Made by a program: the position numbers and the translations under genes
Origin: Candidatus Dormiibacterota bacterium
GTDB taxonomy: Bacteria > Chloroflexota > Dormibacteria > Aeolococcales > Aeolococcaceae
Length of the DNA: 64,000 bases
NCBI GenBank assembly: GCA_963718525.1
Contig: OY970355.1
Location: 2,560,001-2,624,000, forward strand
Direction of reading: 5' to 3'
Shown here: piece by piece, positions 21,140 through 31,127 of the stretch
How positions within the stretch are numbered: the first letter of the stretch is position 1
Layout of the letters: the number at the start of each line of letters is the position of its first letter
The notes under the pieces: generated by a model
The model's input: the letters and a program-made list of their open reading frames with translations, nothing else
What the model was told of the DNA's origin: nothing
Databases searched by the model: none

Positions 21140-21800
21140 GTGGATCGCGCTGCATGGGGCGACGTTGTTGGTCGCCTGACTGCAGCCGTCGAAGGCGACG
21201 AGTTGTGGGTGCTCATGCTCACCACGGGGTTGCGCCAGGGTGAGCTGCTCGCACTCCGGTGGCGGGATATCGACCTTGACGCTGGCCGTCTCGCGGTCAC
21301 TGCCAACTCGGTGCGGGTAACGAAGCGCGCCCGGGACCTGCTCGCCATAAAGAGCTCTGAGCCGATGCGCGGCGCGCCGAAGACTCAGCGCAGCCGGCGC
21401 GTGGTCGAGATGCCTTCGCTCGCCGTCGAGGCCCTGCAGCGCCATCGCGAAGACACCACAGTCGTCAGCCTCGACGGCCGGGTCTTCGCGCGGCCGGACG
21501 GACGCACCCTTGCGGTCCAGGCGGTCTACAACGGCTGGCATCGGCTCCTCGCGCCGCGCTGGCGTCCCGCTCGTCCGCCCCCATGACGCGCGTCACACCA
21601 CGGCAACGCTAATGCTCGGCCAGGGCGTCCACCCGAAGCTCGTTTCAGAGATGCTCGGCCAGGGCGTCCACCCGAAGCTCGTTTCAGAGATGCTCGGCCA
21701 CGCGACGGTCGCGATCACGCTCGACCTCTACAGCCATGCCACCGCGGCCATGCATCGCGAGGCGGCGACCACGCTCGACGCCCTCCTCCGGAACACTCCC
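21140..21800 (+). pseudogene. Phage/ICE-type tyrosine integrase catalytic domain: 5'-truncated, frameshifted near 21553, with a 39-bp tandem duplication
   Basis: TTGLRQGELLALRWRDID and PKT are in one frame. RPHDARHT...LGH...ITLDLYSH is in another. MLGQGVHPKLVSE is duplicated (21612-21689). Confidence 0.9.
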
Positions 21801-22099
21801 GGCCGACGCTTGTGGGTTTCCACCCGACCGTCTGGTATTGGGTGCTGGTGGGCGTCGGGGGGTCGCCATTGCTGTGCTGGCCGCTGGCCGCCCGGCGAGC
21901 CGGCGAGCCGCTGCGGCAGCGTGGAAGCGCGACCGGACCCTTCGCATTTCAATCTACGCCCTGCCCTTCCTTGTCCTGGCGATTGTGGCCTACCGACTCG
22001 TCTACGGTTGACCCCTTATCGACCCCTTCAAGGGGGTCATTTCAGGGTCATTCCAGGGCGCTCCTGACCACCGATTCGTATTCAAAAGGCCCGGTTTGA

Positions 22100-22186
22100 T
22101 GGTGCCGAGGAAGGGACTCGAACCCTTACAAGGTTGCCCTCACTAGCCCCTCAAGCTAGCGTGTCTACCAATTCCACCACCTCGGC
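22100..22186 (-). tRNA. tRNA-Leu(GAG)
   Basis: GCCGAGGTGGTGGAATTGGTAGACACGCTAGCTT-GAG-GGGCTAG...GGTTCGAGTCCCTTCCTCGGCACCA; long variable arm; CCA encoded. Confidence 0.96.
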
Positions 22187-22318
22187 ACGGGCGACCGGAC
22201 GCCCCTGGGGCGCCGACGGCCCAGCCATTCTACAGGCGTTCGGGCGTGCCACCCCACCCGGCTGAATTCGAGTCGCCTCGTGTGGCATGCTGAGCGAAGC
22301 AGCTCTGTGAGGATGGCC

Positions 22319-22750
22319 ATGCCACACGACTTCCACGCGATACTGGGGCAGGTGTCGCGTCGACTGCTCGGAATCGAGCGGCAGCTACGGACCGCGCATG
22401 GGGGGAATCGCGCGTACACCTGGGGTCTTCCCGCAGCGGCGCTGCTGCTTTGCTTCACGATCCTGGTCGTCGCTGGAACGCTGAGCGGGGCCTCGGCGGC
22501 CGAGTTTCTCCCCATCGCAATCTTCGAGGGGCTGGTCATCGCTGGATTGTTCGTCGCCTGCATGATGCCGGCCGCCACGCCCCCTGACGATCGGGGCGAC
22601 CGCGGTCCCGACCCCGAACCCCCGGCGACGCCACCGCCCACCGACCCGACCGTTTGGGTGCGGCTGCTCGCGGAGTCGAACCTCCCCTCGCCAGACGCCG
22701 GCAACATCGAGGAGCACACCCGTCGCGAGTTGACCGGCGCGCCACGCTGA
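22319..22750 (+). CDS. Two-TM membrane protein with Pro/Asp-rich tail
   Basis: Two hydrophobic helices followed by DDRGDRGPDPEPP. Confidence 0.6.
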   Translation: MPHDFHAILGQVSRRLLGIERQLRTAHGGNRAYTWGLPAAALLLCFTILVVAGTLSGASAAEFLPIAIFEGLVIAGLFVACMMPAATPPDDRGDRGPDPEPPATPPPTDPTVWVRLLAESNLPSPDAGNIEEHTRRELTGAPR

Positions 22751-22940
22751 ACCACGCCGCCGCGCGTGACGGTGCCGCGTTCGTGCTGCTTCGCCGGTCG
22801 ACTGCGACAGGTACTGCGGCGATCGGGCGATACTGGCCACCGATCGCTGGCTGCGATCGTCGTGCTCACCGCCGGGTTGTCGGCGGTCCGTCGAAGCAGC
22901 GCCGGCACCTAAGTCCCGGGCACACGGATGCGGCGCTGCG

Positions 22941-23498
22941 TCATGCGGTGCCGAGTCGTCGCCAGACGGTGAGGGCGGGTGTGGCGCCCGGGAAGGGCTC
23001 CAATGCACGAACCGGCACCGTAGCGACCCTGCTGAACGTTTCATTCAATTCGTGCAGCCGCGTCGTGCGATGGCCGCCATCTCCAATCAACGCAACGATA
23101 TCTCCGCCGTAATAGCTCAGACAGTCCCCCAGGCTCGAGAACAGCGGAGGCCAGCAGAGAAAGAGCGATCGGTCGGCAAACTCGGTCAGGAGCGTCTGAT
23201 CCCCGGCGATGACGTCGGTCCACGTCTGAGCTGTCGCGTGATAGCGGTTGACGCGGGCACCGCCGGGCGGCGCCTGGTCGATGGCGATGACGTCGACGCC
23301 AAGAGCTCGGAGTCGAGACGCCCAGTACCCGGTGCCCGCTCCGATTTCGACCAGCGGAGCGACGCCGGCAAGGATCCCCAGCGAGCGATTGTCGGGAACG
23401 ACGTACGAGTAGCGCTGAGCGAGGCTGGCGACAGCCGCCTCCGGGTGGGCACCTTCCATGGCAGCCCCGAGCAGTGAGCCGAGGTCATCGAGGCGCAC
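22941..23498 (-). CDS. SAM-dependent methyltransferase-like protein
   Basis: LVEIGAGTGYWA, VIAID, LFLCWPP. Confidence 0.75.
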   Translation of the reverse strand: MRLDDLGSLLGAAMEGAHPEAAVASLAQRYSYVVPDNRSLGILAGVAPLVEIGAGTGYWASRLRALGVDVIAIDQAPPGGARVNRYHATAQTWTDVIAGDQTLLTEFADRSLFLCWPPLFSSLGDCLSYYGGDIVALIGDGGHRTTRLHELNETFSRVATVPVRALEPFPGATPALTVWRRLGTA

Positions 23499-23757
23499 CG
23501 GCGAATCGTCCTCCTATGTCCTGACCAGACGAGCCGTATCCCACTTCAGGTCCCGCGCGACTTAGTCGCAGAGATTCCGCGCCACAGCGGCCCCGCCGCA
23601 GCAGGACGTATCGGGCCGTTTTCCGCGCTCGGTGCCACAGCGCGACACACGGTCGCAGCGCAGATCCACGGCTATTGCGGTTGGCGGAACGCGCGGTGAG
23701 CGAATATCCTCGGGTGGCGCTCCAGCTCGGCAGGCTCCGCGAACGCTAGGGCTGACC

Positions 23758-24525
23758 TCAGTTATCGGGTGGCGGGCTCGGGCCGGGGCTCGACGATGGA
23801 CTGCTGCCGCCATCGTCTCCCCCGCCACCACCGCCATCATCGCCCCCTCCACCGCCGTCGGACGGCGACGGGTCCGGACTCTTCGTGGAGGAGCCTGGAC
23901 GCGTCGTGCGCTCTGCGGGATCAGATGCTTCGGGGGTGTGCGTGTGGTCGTCCGTCGGCTCTGGTGGCGCGGCCGCCGGTGGGGACGGCGGGCTCGCCGG
24001 CTGGAGCCCGGACTCCTCGGTGAGCAGGGCCGCCGCATCGAGGCGGTACCGTGGCCAGAGCGGCGACGACGGGTTGCCGGATAGCTCGGCGAAGGCGACA
24101 CCGAGCTCATTCGCGGCGTCCGCAATGCTCTGGGCTGGATTGATCCGATCTCTCGCTTCGGCCATGCTCTGCTCCGCAAACTCGAGGTGCAGCGCCGTGT
24201 CATCGGCACCCGGAAGCTTGAGCATCACGCTCTGACGGGCAGCGCGAACCAGGAACAGCGCTGACCCTGGGGGTGCGTTCCACCCGGCGGCTGCGACGCC
24301 TGCCGCAGCCATGACAGTGGCGGCCGAAGCGATCAGCCCAGCGTGGCTGAATCGCCGGCGAAAGCTGAGGAACCCTCCGGTGAGCGGACGTCGCGAGGCA
24401 ATGATGATGGCATCGAGCATCGCGTCGTGCGCTCGCTCCCGCGCGTGCCTGCGTGGGGCTCGCCGGCTGCTCTGGCGCCACGCATCGAGGGAAAAAGAGA
24501 GCTGTGGGTCGATCCACTCGTTCAT
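23758..24525 (-). CDS. Putative anti-sigma factor (single TM, DUF5667-like)
   Basis: ATGA-coupled to the ECF sigma. TM followed by A-PG-S-LF-VR; Pro/Gly/Ser-rich tail. Confidence 0.65.
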   Translation of the reverse strand: MNEWIDPQLSFSLDAWRQSSRRAPRRHARERAHDAMLDAIIIASRRPLTGGFLSFRRRFSHAGLIASAATVMAAAGVAAAGWNAPPGSALFLVRAARQSVMLKLPGADDTALHLEFAEQSMAEARDRINPAQSIADAANELGVAFAELSGNPSSPLWPRYRLDAAALLTEESGLQPASPPSPPAAAPPEPTDDHTHTPEASDPAERTTRPGSSTKSPDPSPSDGGGGGDDGGGGGGDDGGSSPSSSPGPSPPPDN

Positions 24526-25106
24526 GCCGCTCTCGTCGGGGTCAACGCACGTCTCACGGCGTCGAGTGCCCGGTGTTGCAAGGACTTCACCGCACCGACG
24601 CTCCGCGTGGTGGTGGCGGCCACCTCCTCGAGCGACTGATCGAGAACGAATCGGCGAATGAGGACGTCGCGCTGGTCCTCGGTGAGATGCACCATGGCAT
24701 TGCGAACCCGACGGGCTTCGATGTTCATCTCGGCGATTGCGCCCGGATCGAGATCCACCGGACGTGGCTCAAACGCCACGCCACGCGCGCGGATTCCCCT
24801 GCGGATGTGATCGACGGCCTTGTTTCTGCAGATGTGCAGGAACCAGGCCTGCACCGCGGGCTCCCGCGGATCCCGGAGGGTTTTGATCGACGTCACGGCC
24901 GCCACAAACACTTCCTGTGTCACATCCTCGGCAGCTGTCAGATCACCAAGGCGAGCGAGCGCGTACGCATGCACATCGGCGTAGAAACGCTCGAAGAGAG
25001 CGCTCCAGCCGTGTGCCTCGCCACGCTGCGCGGCCGCTACCGCCTGGGCAAGGCGGTCGGTGTCTGCCAGGTTCGCGCCGCCCCTGTGGGTTTCATCGAA
25101 TATCAA
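24522..25106 (-). CDS. ECF RNA polymerase sigma factor
   Basis: AEDVTQEVF, AWFLHICRNKAVDHIR, LTEDQRDVLIRRF...SLEEVA...GAVKSLQHRAL. Confidence 0.92.
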   Translation of the reverse strand: MIFDETHRGGANLADTDRLAQAVAAAQRGEAHGWSALFERFYADVHAYALARLGDLTAAEDVTQEVFVAAVTSIKTLRDPREPAVQAWFLHICRNKAVDHIRRGIRARGVAFEPRPVDLDPGAIAEMNIEARRVRNAMVHLTEDQRDVLIRRFVLDQSLEEVAATTTRSVGAVKSLQHRALDAVRRALTPTRAA

Positions 25107-25225
25107 GTCGGATGCCGTGGCCTCCGGGATACGGGTGGGCGGCGTTCACGGACTGGAGCCGGCCGCGCAACTCGGCGATGAGCGTCAAACTCGGGTCCAA
25201 GGCCGATCGCGATTCGCGTCGGCGG

Positions 25226-26110
25226 TCAGGTACCGCAGGTGGCGTCGCCATTGATCGTGATGGTGTGTCCTGCGCCTCCCGCGCCGGTCTGGGTCAGCGT
25301 TGCGGTGTTCCAGTGGACGTGGCCGTTGCCGAGCGTGTACAGACCGGCTGCCGACGACGTGAAGAAGAAGCCGGTCGACGCGGTCGAGATGGAACCGAAA
25401 TACACCTCACCATTGCCGCCTCCGATCTCGACCGACGCCGGCGATGCGCCGACGTTCGTCAGCCCGTTGATGAGCGCAAACGTGGCGCCCGCGGGACAGC
25501 TGACGAGCATTGAGGTCAGGGGACCGTTGATTGCACCGGCGGTGCTGGACCCGTTGATCGTGATGGTCCCGGCGCCGGGTGTTTTGTCACCGCAGGACAC
25601 GGATCCGGAGATCGCAGTGATCGAGCCGATCGTGCCCTTCTTCTGGCCGGCGGGGGTGGTGTCGGCGAGCTGGGCGTTGAACTGTGCGCCCTTCTTCGCG
25701 TCGAAGTTGGTCACCCCGGGCCCGGCGAAATTCCGCTGGGTATACGTGGCTCCCGACCCTGCGCCGATACGGACGAACACCTCGCTCGACGTGAGCGTGA
25801 TGTAACCCCCCATCGACCCATCGGCCGTGGCGACCTGCAGCGTGATCTCCGGACCGTTGAGCGACGGAAAGGAGCAGGTCACCGCTGTCGGGGCAACGGT
25901 GGCCACGAGCTGGACTGCCCCGGAGTCCGTGAAGTGCCCACCGGCTGGTGGCTGCGGTGTCGGCGTCGGGGTGGGCGTAGGGGGCGCAGCGCTCGAGGCT
26001 GGCCCAGCGCCACCGCATGCGGTCAGCGTCAGCGCCGCGCCGGCGAGGACGAGCAATGCAAGCCATCCCGTGGCCGGGGACCCGGAACGCTGAGTGCGCA
26101 AGAGCTCCAT
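25226..26110 (-). CDS. Lipoprotein with PT linker and beta-rich domains
   Basis: Lipobox LTAC followed by PTPTPTPT. Confidence 0.8.
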   Translation of the reverse strand: MELLRTQRSGSPATGWLALLVLAGAALTLTACGGAGPASSAAPPTPTPTPTPQPPAGGHFTDSGAVQLVATVAPTAVTCSFPSLNGPEITLQVATADGSMGGYITLTSSEVFVRIGAGSGATYTQRNFAGPGVTNFDAKKGAQFNAQLADTTPAGQKKGTIGSITAISGSVSCGDKTPGAGTITINGSSTAGAINGPLTSMLVSCPAGATFALINGLTNVGASPASVEIGGGNGEVYFGSISTASTGFFFTSSAAGLYTLGNGHVHWNTATLTQTGAGGAGHTITINGDATCGT

Positions 26111-26175
26111 GGCCCGGCATGATCCCTTGTCGCGAGGTCAGACGTCCGAATATCGACAGAACGTTCGCAGTGACG

Positions 26176-27285
26176 TCACATGGCGTCAGGCTGTGGTCGT
26201 TTCCGCCGGGAGCCGGCGCGCCAGGCCGCGAGGAGATCCTGCTGGGAGTGGACACCGAACTTCTGGAAGATCGCGCTCAGGTGGTTCCGCACCGTGCTCT
26301 GGCTGAGGTACATCTCGGCGGCGATGATGGCGACCCGCTCGCCCTGAGCAAGGCGAGACGCGATCTCCCACTGCCGCGGCGAGAGTTCCGCGCTGGGCGG
26401 GACCCCGAACACGCCGGCCCTCTCGACCAACGGCGCCATGACGCCTGTTGCCTCGATCTGCGACGCGAGACGACGGAGGTGGCCGGCGAGCTGGCTCGCA
26501 GCAGTGGAGTCCGGGACTCGGGGGTCTGTGGCGGCCGCGGCGATGAAGGAGAACGGCAGCGCCCCGTCGCCTTCAAGCACGGTGATGACTGCACGGACGG
26601 CTCGCCATCCGCGTTCCTGGCGCAGGCGGACACGAACATCGCTAGCGGGCTCGGTGGTGGCTCGAGCGAATGCCAGAAGCAGCGCGGCGAGGTCATCACG
26701 ATGGACGAGCTCGAGGATGGAACACCCGAGGAATTCGGCTGGGGGTCGGCCGAGGACCGCACCCGCGTTCGTGCTGATATTGGCGACCCGCCATCGGTCG
26801 TCGAGCGTGACCTGCGCGGCTTCAGCGTAGGCAGCCCTGTGGTTTCTGGGCGGCGACGTCATGACGTCCTCTCCGATCGACGGTGATTTGCCGGGTGCGG
26901 GCTCAAACGCGATCCACAGTCCGAGGTCTGGCCCCGAGCTCGAGCGGATCGCCCAGCCGCTTACCAGCAACTCGACCATCGATCCGTCCGGCCCGTGGAA
27001 ACGGCGCCGGCCATCGATCCCATCGAGCACCCGTTCGCGGACCAGGCGGAACGCCTCGGTCGCCTCGCGCGGGCGCTCCGTGACCGAGAGGTAGCTCGGA
27101 TCGGGACCGTGCTCAGGCGTGGCACACAACAGTTCTTCGGCGCGCTGTGACGTCTCAACCAGGCGATGGGTCGCCAGCTCGACCAACCCAACCGCCAGCG
27201 GGCTGGTACGCACCGCCTCCCGCCACATCGCAATCCAGCGACTCTGGCGATCGCCCCCCTCCCAGGTCCGGGAGATCCGCTCCAT
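26176..27285 (-). CDS. PAS-domain LuxR-family transcriptional regulator
   Basis: PAS-like segment (LGRPPAEFLGCSILELVHRDD); C-terminal LSPRQWEI...MYLSQSTVRNHLSAIFQKFGV. Confidence 0.85.
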   Translation of the reverse strand: MERISRTWEGGDRQSRWIAMWREAVRTSPLAVGLVELATHRLVETSQRAEELLCATPEHGPDPSYLSVTERPREATEAFRLVRERVLDGIDGRRRFHGPDGSMVELLVSGWAIRSSSGPDLGLWIAFEPAPGKSPSIGEDVMTSPPRNHRAAYAEAAQVTLDDRWRVANISTNAGAVLGRPPAEFLGCSILELVHRDDLAALLLAFARATTEPASDVRVRLRQERGWRAVRAVITVLEGDGALPFSFIAAAATDPRVPDSTAASQLAGHLRRLASQIEATGVMAPLVERAGVFGVPPSAELSPRQWEIASRLAQGERVAIIAAEMYLSQSTVRNHLSAIFQKFGVHSQQDLLAAWRAGSRRKRPQPDAM

Positions 27286-27328
27286 TGCTGTTGGTCGTCC
27301 TACCTGGTAACTTCGGTCACACACGCTG

Positions 27329-27340
27329 TGTCAATTGACA
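27329..27340. promoter_or_regulatory. Palindrome TGTCAATTGACA between divergent regulators
   Basis: Perfect 12-bp palindrome that gives TTGACA on both strands. Confidence 0.45.
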
Positions 27341-27399
27341 GCGTCCTATGACAGAATAACAGGATCGGCGCGGTCGGTGAAAGGCACCTTGAGCGGAGA

Positions 27400-28158
27400 A
27401 TGGGATACATGGCCTCGTCGCGGATTGCAGAGAATTTGAAGTCGGCGCGAGAGCGCATGGGCTGGAGCCGCGAGGCGCTCGCGTACCACTCCGGGCTCAG
27501 CTGGTCGGCAATTGCCCAGATCGAATCCGGCCGGCGACAGGAGATTCGCGTCAGCAGCCTGGTGGCGCTGGCCAGTGCCCTGGGAGTGAGCGTCGACTAT
27601 CTCGTCGGCGGTGCGGCCACCGTGTCGCCTAGGCTCCTCGGCCACAAGGCGTTCATCTACAGCTCGGACGACGAGTTCCTCGCTTCGGCGGTACCGTTTC
27701 TCGCCGAGGGCATCGAGCGCTCCGAGGCCGTGCTGGCCGTCCCAGCTGCATGGCAGCTCGACTTGCTTCGTGACGCGTTGGGGGACGCCGCGCACCACGT
27801 CGAGTTCCTGGAATCGGCGGAGTGGTATGAGTCGCTTCGCGGAGCCTCGCGCGGTTACCTGGATTTCGTCCGCGATCGATTCGTCAATGGGGCTTCGTGG
27901 ATCCGAATTCTCGGAGAGGCGACGTGGCTCGGGCGAGCCGAAGCCCCGGCGGCCGAGTGGTTTCGCTATGAGTCGATGATCAACATCTCGTTGGCCTCAG
28001 CGCCGGCCACGATCGTCTGCACGTACGACGCGCGATCTCTGTCCGACGACGTGCTCATGGATGCGCGTCGCACGCACCCGGAAGTTCTCGCCGCCGACCA
28101 GGTTGCGACGAGCCTGGAGTACCAACCGCCCGAGGACTTCATACTGACCCTGGGATGA
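27400..28158 (+). CDS. XRE-family HTH fused to a MEDS-like sensor domain
   Basis: LKSARERMGWSREALA...IAQIESG HTH; H-A-F-Y...FLAEGI, RILGE, W-RYES, VCTYD, THP MEDS motifs. Confidence 0.85.
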   Translation: MGYMASSRIAENLKSARERMGWSREALAYHSGLSWSAIAQIESGRRQEIRVSSLVALASALGVSVDYLVGGAATVSPRLLGHKAFIYSSDDEFLASAVPFLAEGIERSEAVLAVPAAWQLDLLRDALGDAAHHVEFLESAEWYESLRGASRGYLDFVRDRFVNGASWIRILGEATWLGRAEAPAAEWFRYESMINISLASAPATIVCTYDARSLSDDVLMDARRTHPEVLAADQVATSLEYQPPEDFILTLG

Positions 28159-28162
28159 CGTA

Positions 28163-28813
28163 GTGTGCTTCTCCGCCGAGGCCGATCTGGTCACGGGGGT
28201 CGTGGTGGGTGCTATCGGTGTCGATGCCCTTCGTCACGTCCGCAAACGCCACCAACTGGCGCTCGCAGCCACGCCGCTCCTCCTTGCGGTCCACGAGGTC
28301 GACGAGTTGTTCGTGTGGTGGGGACTCCACGGTCAGGTGTCCTACCAGGTCGAGCATGCGGCCATCTACGTCTTTCTGGCCGTAGCGTTCCTGCTGCCTT
28401 TCTGGGTGCCGTTCGCGATGCTCGGCGTGGAGACAAGGATCCATCGCCGCCGCCTGATGCAAGCGTTTCTCGTTGTGGGCACGATCACATCGGTGACGCT
28501 GCTCGTTGCGGTGGTCCGGGGTCCGGTTGGCGCAAGTATCGACGGGTCACATGTCGCCTATTCGGCAGACATCAGTTACGCGGACATTCTCGTTGTGCTC
28601 TACGTTATCGCCACGTGCGGCTCCTGCCTCGCGGCGAGCAATCGCTGGCTCGTCGTTCTCGGGCTCGCAAACCTCAGCGCCGTGATTGCGCTTGGATGGA
28701 TCACGTTCACCGGGTTCACGTCTCTGTGGTGCGCATGGGCGGCGCTGACGTCGATCGCGATCGTGCTCTATCTGCGCCGCTTCTCGACTGTCCAAGGGCT
28801 GGCTCCAACCTGA
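28163..28813 (+). CDS. Membrane protein of the MCFSAxAD type (DUF6629-like)
   Basis: MCFSAEADL N-terminus, H-E...VW, FTSLWCAWAA; about 6-7 TM segments. Confidence 0.75.
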   Translation: MCFSAEADLVTGVVVGAIGVDALRHVRKRHQLALAATPLLLAVHEVDELFVWWGLHGQVSYQVEHAAIYVFLAVAFLLPFWVPFAMLGVETRIHRRRLMQAFLVVGTITSVTLLVAVVRGPVGASIDGSHVAYSADISYADILVVLYVIATCGSCLAASNRWLVVLGLANLSAVIALGWITFTGFTSLWCAWAALTSIAIVLYLRRFSTVQGLAPT

Positions 28814-28858
28814 CCGGGCAACCCGTGCACTGTGCTACCGATCCTGGACACATACCTG

Positions 28859-29002
28859 CTCAGATTCGACTACAAACCACGCCTTTAGCGGGGAAACAAG
28901 AGAGAGATACCCGGCAAGCATCCCGGACCTGGCGCCGTGCTATGTCACCTTCGCGTTCTCGAGCGTCGCGAGCGTAATAGGGTGAGTTATCTACTCTGTT
29001 TC
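28859..29002. repeat. 5S-end att-like junction, copy 1 (core 28904-28917)
   Basis: GAGATACCCGGCAA core; CTCAGATTCGA about 45 bp before; TATCTACTCTGTTT 84 bp after the core start. Confidence 0.85.
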
Positions 29003-29254
29003 TGGACCGCCAAATCGGGGCCGACCAAGGGTCCGGTGACCACCTCACTATCGGTCGGTGCTGGGGTCGCTGGGAGCGGTGCGCATTTTGTTGGCCGGTG
29101 GGCCCTTCCGCTGGCGGGCGGTCGGTGAGGGTGCGTCGGGTCGCCGGGGACAGAGGTGCGATCTGCGGTCCAACGCTCCGGACCTAGGTCGACACGCGTC
29201 TCGACGCTCCGCATGAGCTGACGTCGAAGGAGACGTTCGACGCCTTTGCGCAGA

Positions 29255-29283
29255 TGTAACCATTGAGCACGGTTGCCGTTGAA
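29255..29283 (+). promoter_or_regulatory. Putative ECF-sigma promoter TGTAAC-N16-CGTTGAA
   Basis: Same motif occurs at 31581-31610; both precede ATGAAACTCACAACCATC. Confidence 0.55.
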
Positions 29284-29481
29284 GGGACGAAGGCAGACAT
29301 GAAACTCACAACCATCGTCCGACAGCAAGACGATCCGATGATTGCATCTTCGCCATCAGCCGGTCGCCCCGTCTCTCTTTCCCCCCAGATGGCGGGACCT
29401 TTGACAGTAGGAGAGGTGGCCACTGGCCCTGTTACGCAGTTACGGACAAGACGTAGGCTGCGATCTGGAGGTACAGGTGAG

Positions 29482-30777
29482 ATGCAACCCAGAAACCGAA
29501 GCCACCGTCATGGGTTGATCGCCACTTTGCCCCTGGCCTTACTTCTAGCCGCCTGTGGGGCCGGCGCATCGCCGAGCTCCCCTTCCCGCTCCACCCCGAC
29601 ACCCACTCCGGCCCCGGCGCCCAGCGTGCCTGCGACCACTCCGACGCCCAGTCCCACCCCGTCGGCATCTGTCGTTGCAAGTCCACTCGCCGTGGTCGGA
29701 TCCGAAAACGCCGGTATCGGGCCTTACACGCTCGGATTGGTGAACGCCAAGGGGGAAGTGGTGGCCACCGTGACTGCCAACACCCCTTCCGATTACCACT
29801 CGGTAGGTGGTGATCCTGGCATTACCAGTACCTCGGACAGCCGCCTGTACTACGAAGACGGGAACACCAACATTGACTACCTGACCGCGACGGGCCAGCA
29901 CGGGGTCGCTTTCACTATCAGCAGACCGACCGGCGCAGAAGTGGCGTTTGCGGTCAGCCCTGACGACACCCGGGTCGCAGTGGCAGTGCTGACCAATTGG
30001 GAGGACGCAACCGGCAACGGAGGTGAACCGCCTTACAGCTCGCACATGTATCTAATGGCTATGGGTGGTGGAATTCAGCAGACTCTGTTTGACGGGACGG
30101 GCTCGAGTAGCACCGCTCCCTTGACCTGGCCGGTAGGTTGGGATGGAGACAACCTGGTGGTGGCCCAGACCCTTCCGGGCGACTTCACCGGCTATTACCC
30201 CGGGACCGGTCCCTGCGCCATGGGAACGGATTGCAGCTCCCAGTTGCGGGTTTTCAACCCAGCCACCAGAACCTTAGGGCCTCCCCTCTGCGCCGAGGAA
30301 GCCGGAGTGATAACCATCGGAAGTCCGACCGCAGCCGGGATAGCCTGCATGCCTATCGGCACAGCCGGCGACCCCGCCAAGAAACTGGAATCAGTTTCCT
30401 GGTCGGGGGTGATCACCTCCTTCGGTACCAACATTCCGGGAAGTTGCCTGTTATCGCCACACGGAGCCGTCATCGCTTGTCCTTCAGACCTTGTCGAGGA
30501 CGCAACCGGGCAGCACACCATTCGGGCCCAAGCCTTCCGCGCCAGCGGGGTGGTGCAGAGGATCCCCAATCCTCTCGACTTCCAACTCATCGGTTGGATC
30601 GACGGGAATGACGTCGTGGTCACCACGGGTGGCAGCATTGCCCTGGGTGGCGAATTTGGCGGGCTGGCGGTGGAAAACATCGTGACCGGCAAGCGGATTC
30701 CCGTTTCGCTTGCGACAAGTCCCAATCCCTACAGTGTCCGGTGGCAGTTCTTAGGGGCGATCCCGGGAGCGCTATGA
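29482..30777 (+). CDS. Lipoprotein with a probable beta-propeller (WD40/TolB-like) domain
   Basis: Lipobox LAAC, PT-rich linker, FAVSPDDTRVAV, PVGWDG and LIGWID repeats. Confidence 0.8.
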   Translation: MQPRNRSHRHGLIATLPLALLLAACGAGASPSSPSRSTPTPTPAPAPSVPATTPTPSPTPSASVVASPLAVVGSENAGIGPYTLGLVNAKGEVVATVTANTPSDYHSVGGDPGITSTSDSRLYYEDGNTNIDYLTATGQHGVAFTISRPTGAEVAFAVSPDDTRVAVAVLTNWEDATGNGGEPPYSSHMYLMAMGGGIQQTLFDGTGSSSTAPLTWPVGWDGDNLVVAQTLPGDFTGYYPGTGPCAMGTDCSSQLRVFNPATRTLGPPLCAEEAGVITIGSPTAAGIACMPIGTAGDPAKKLESVSWSGVITSFGTNIPGSCLLSPHGAVIACPSDLVEDATGQHTIRAQAFRASGVVQRIPNPLDFQLIGWIDGNDVVVTTGGSIALGGEFGGLAVENIVTGKRIPVSLATSPNPYSVRWQFLGAIPGAL

Positions 30778-30963
30778 CCACCAAGGGGTCTCACGGAGCC
30801 GTGCGATAGGAGGACTGCCGCGCTCTGCGGGGGCGAGCTGGGCCATGAGCTTGACCAACTCCGCCGTCGGTGAGCCCGTCTCGCGCAGGACGTCATCGAA
30901 AGCGGTCGCCGCAAGGAAACATGCGTCCCATGCGGCAGCGTCATCACGCTCCGCGGCCCGATC

Positions 30964-31109
30964 CTCAGTTCCGAACACAAACAGCGCGAAATCGGAGGGG
31001 AAACAAAAAGGGAGATACCCGGCAAGCATCCGGGACTTAGCGCCATGCTAGCGTGTCCTCGGATCTCACGCGCCATGAGCGAGCGAGTCCGAACTATCTG
31101 CTCAGTTTG
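30964..31109. repeat. 5S-end att-like junction, copy 2 (core 31012-31025)
   Basis: Core, CTCAGTTCCGAACACAAAC upstream, TATCTGCTCAGTTT at +83. Confidence 0.85.
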
Positions 31110-31127
31110 GAGCTCAGGAGGCGAGCC

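Larger units (their letters stand above)
17050..22099. mobile_element. Tandem decayed integrative elements at tRNA-Leu(GAG)
   Basis: Two extra att copies, two integrase remnants, TGACCCC arm-like repeats (17260-17280 inverted, 19978-20000, 22008-22030) and accessory cargo. Confidence 0.85.
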
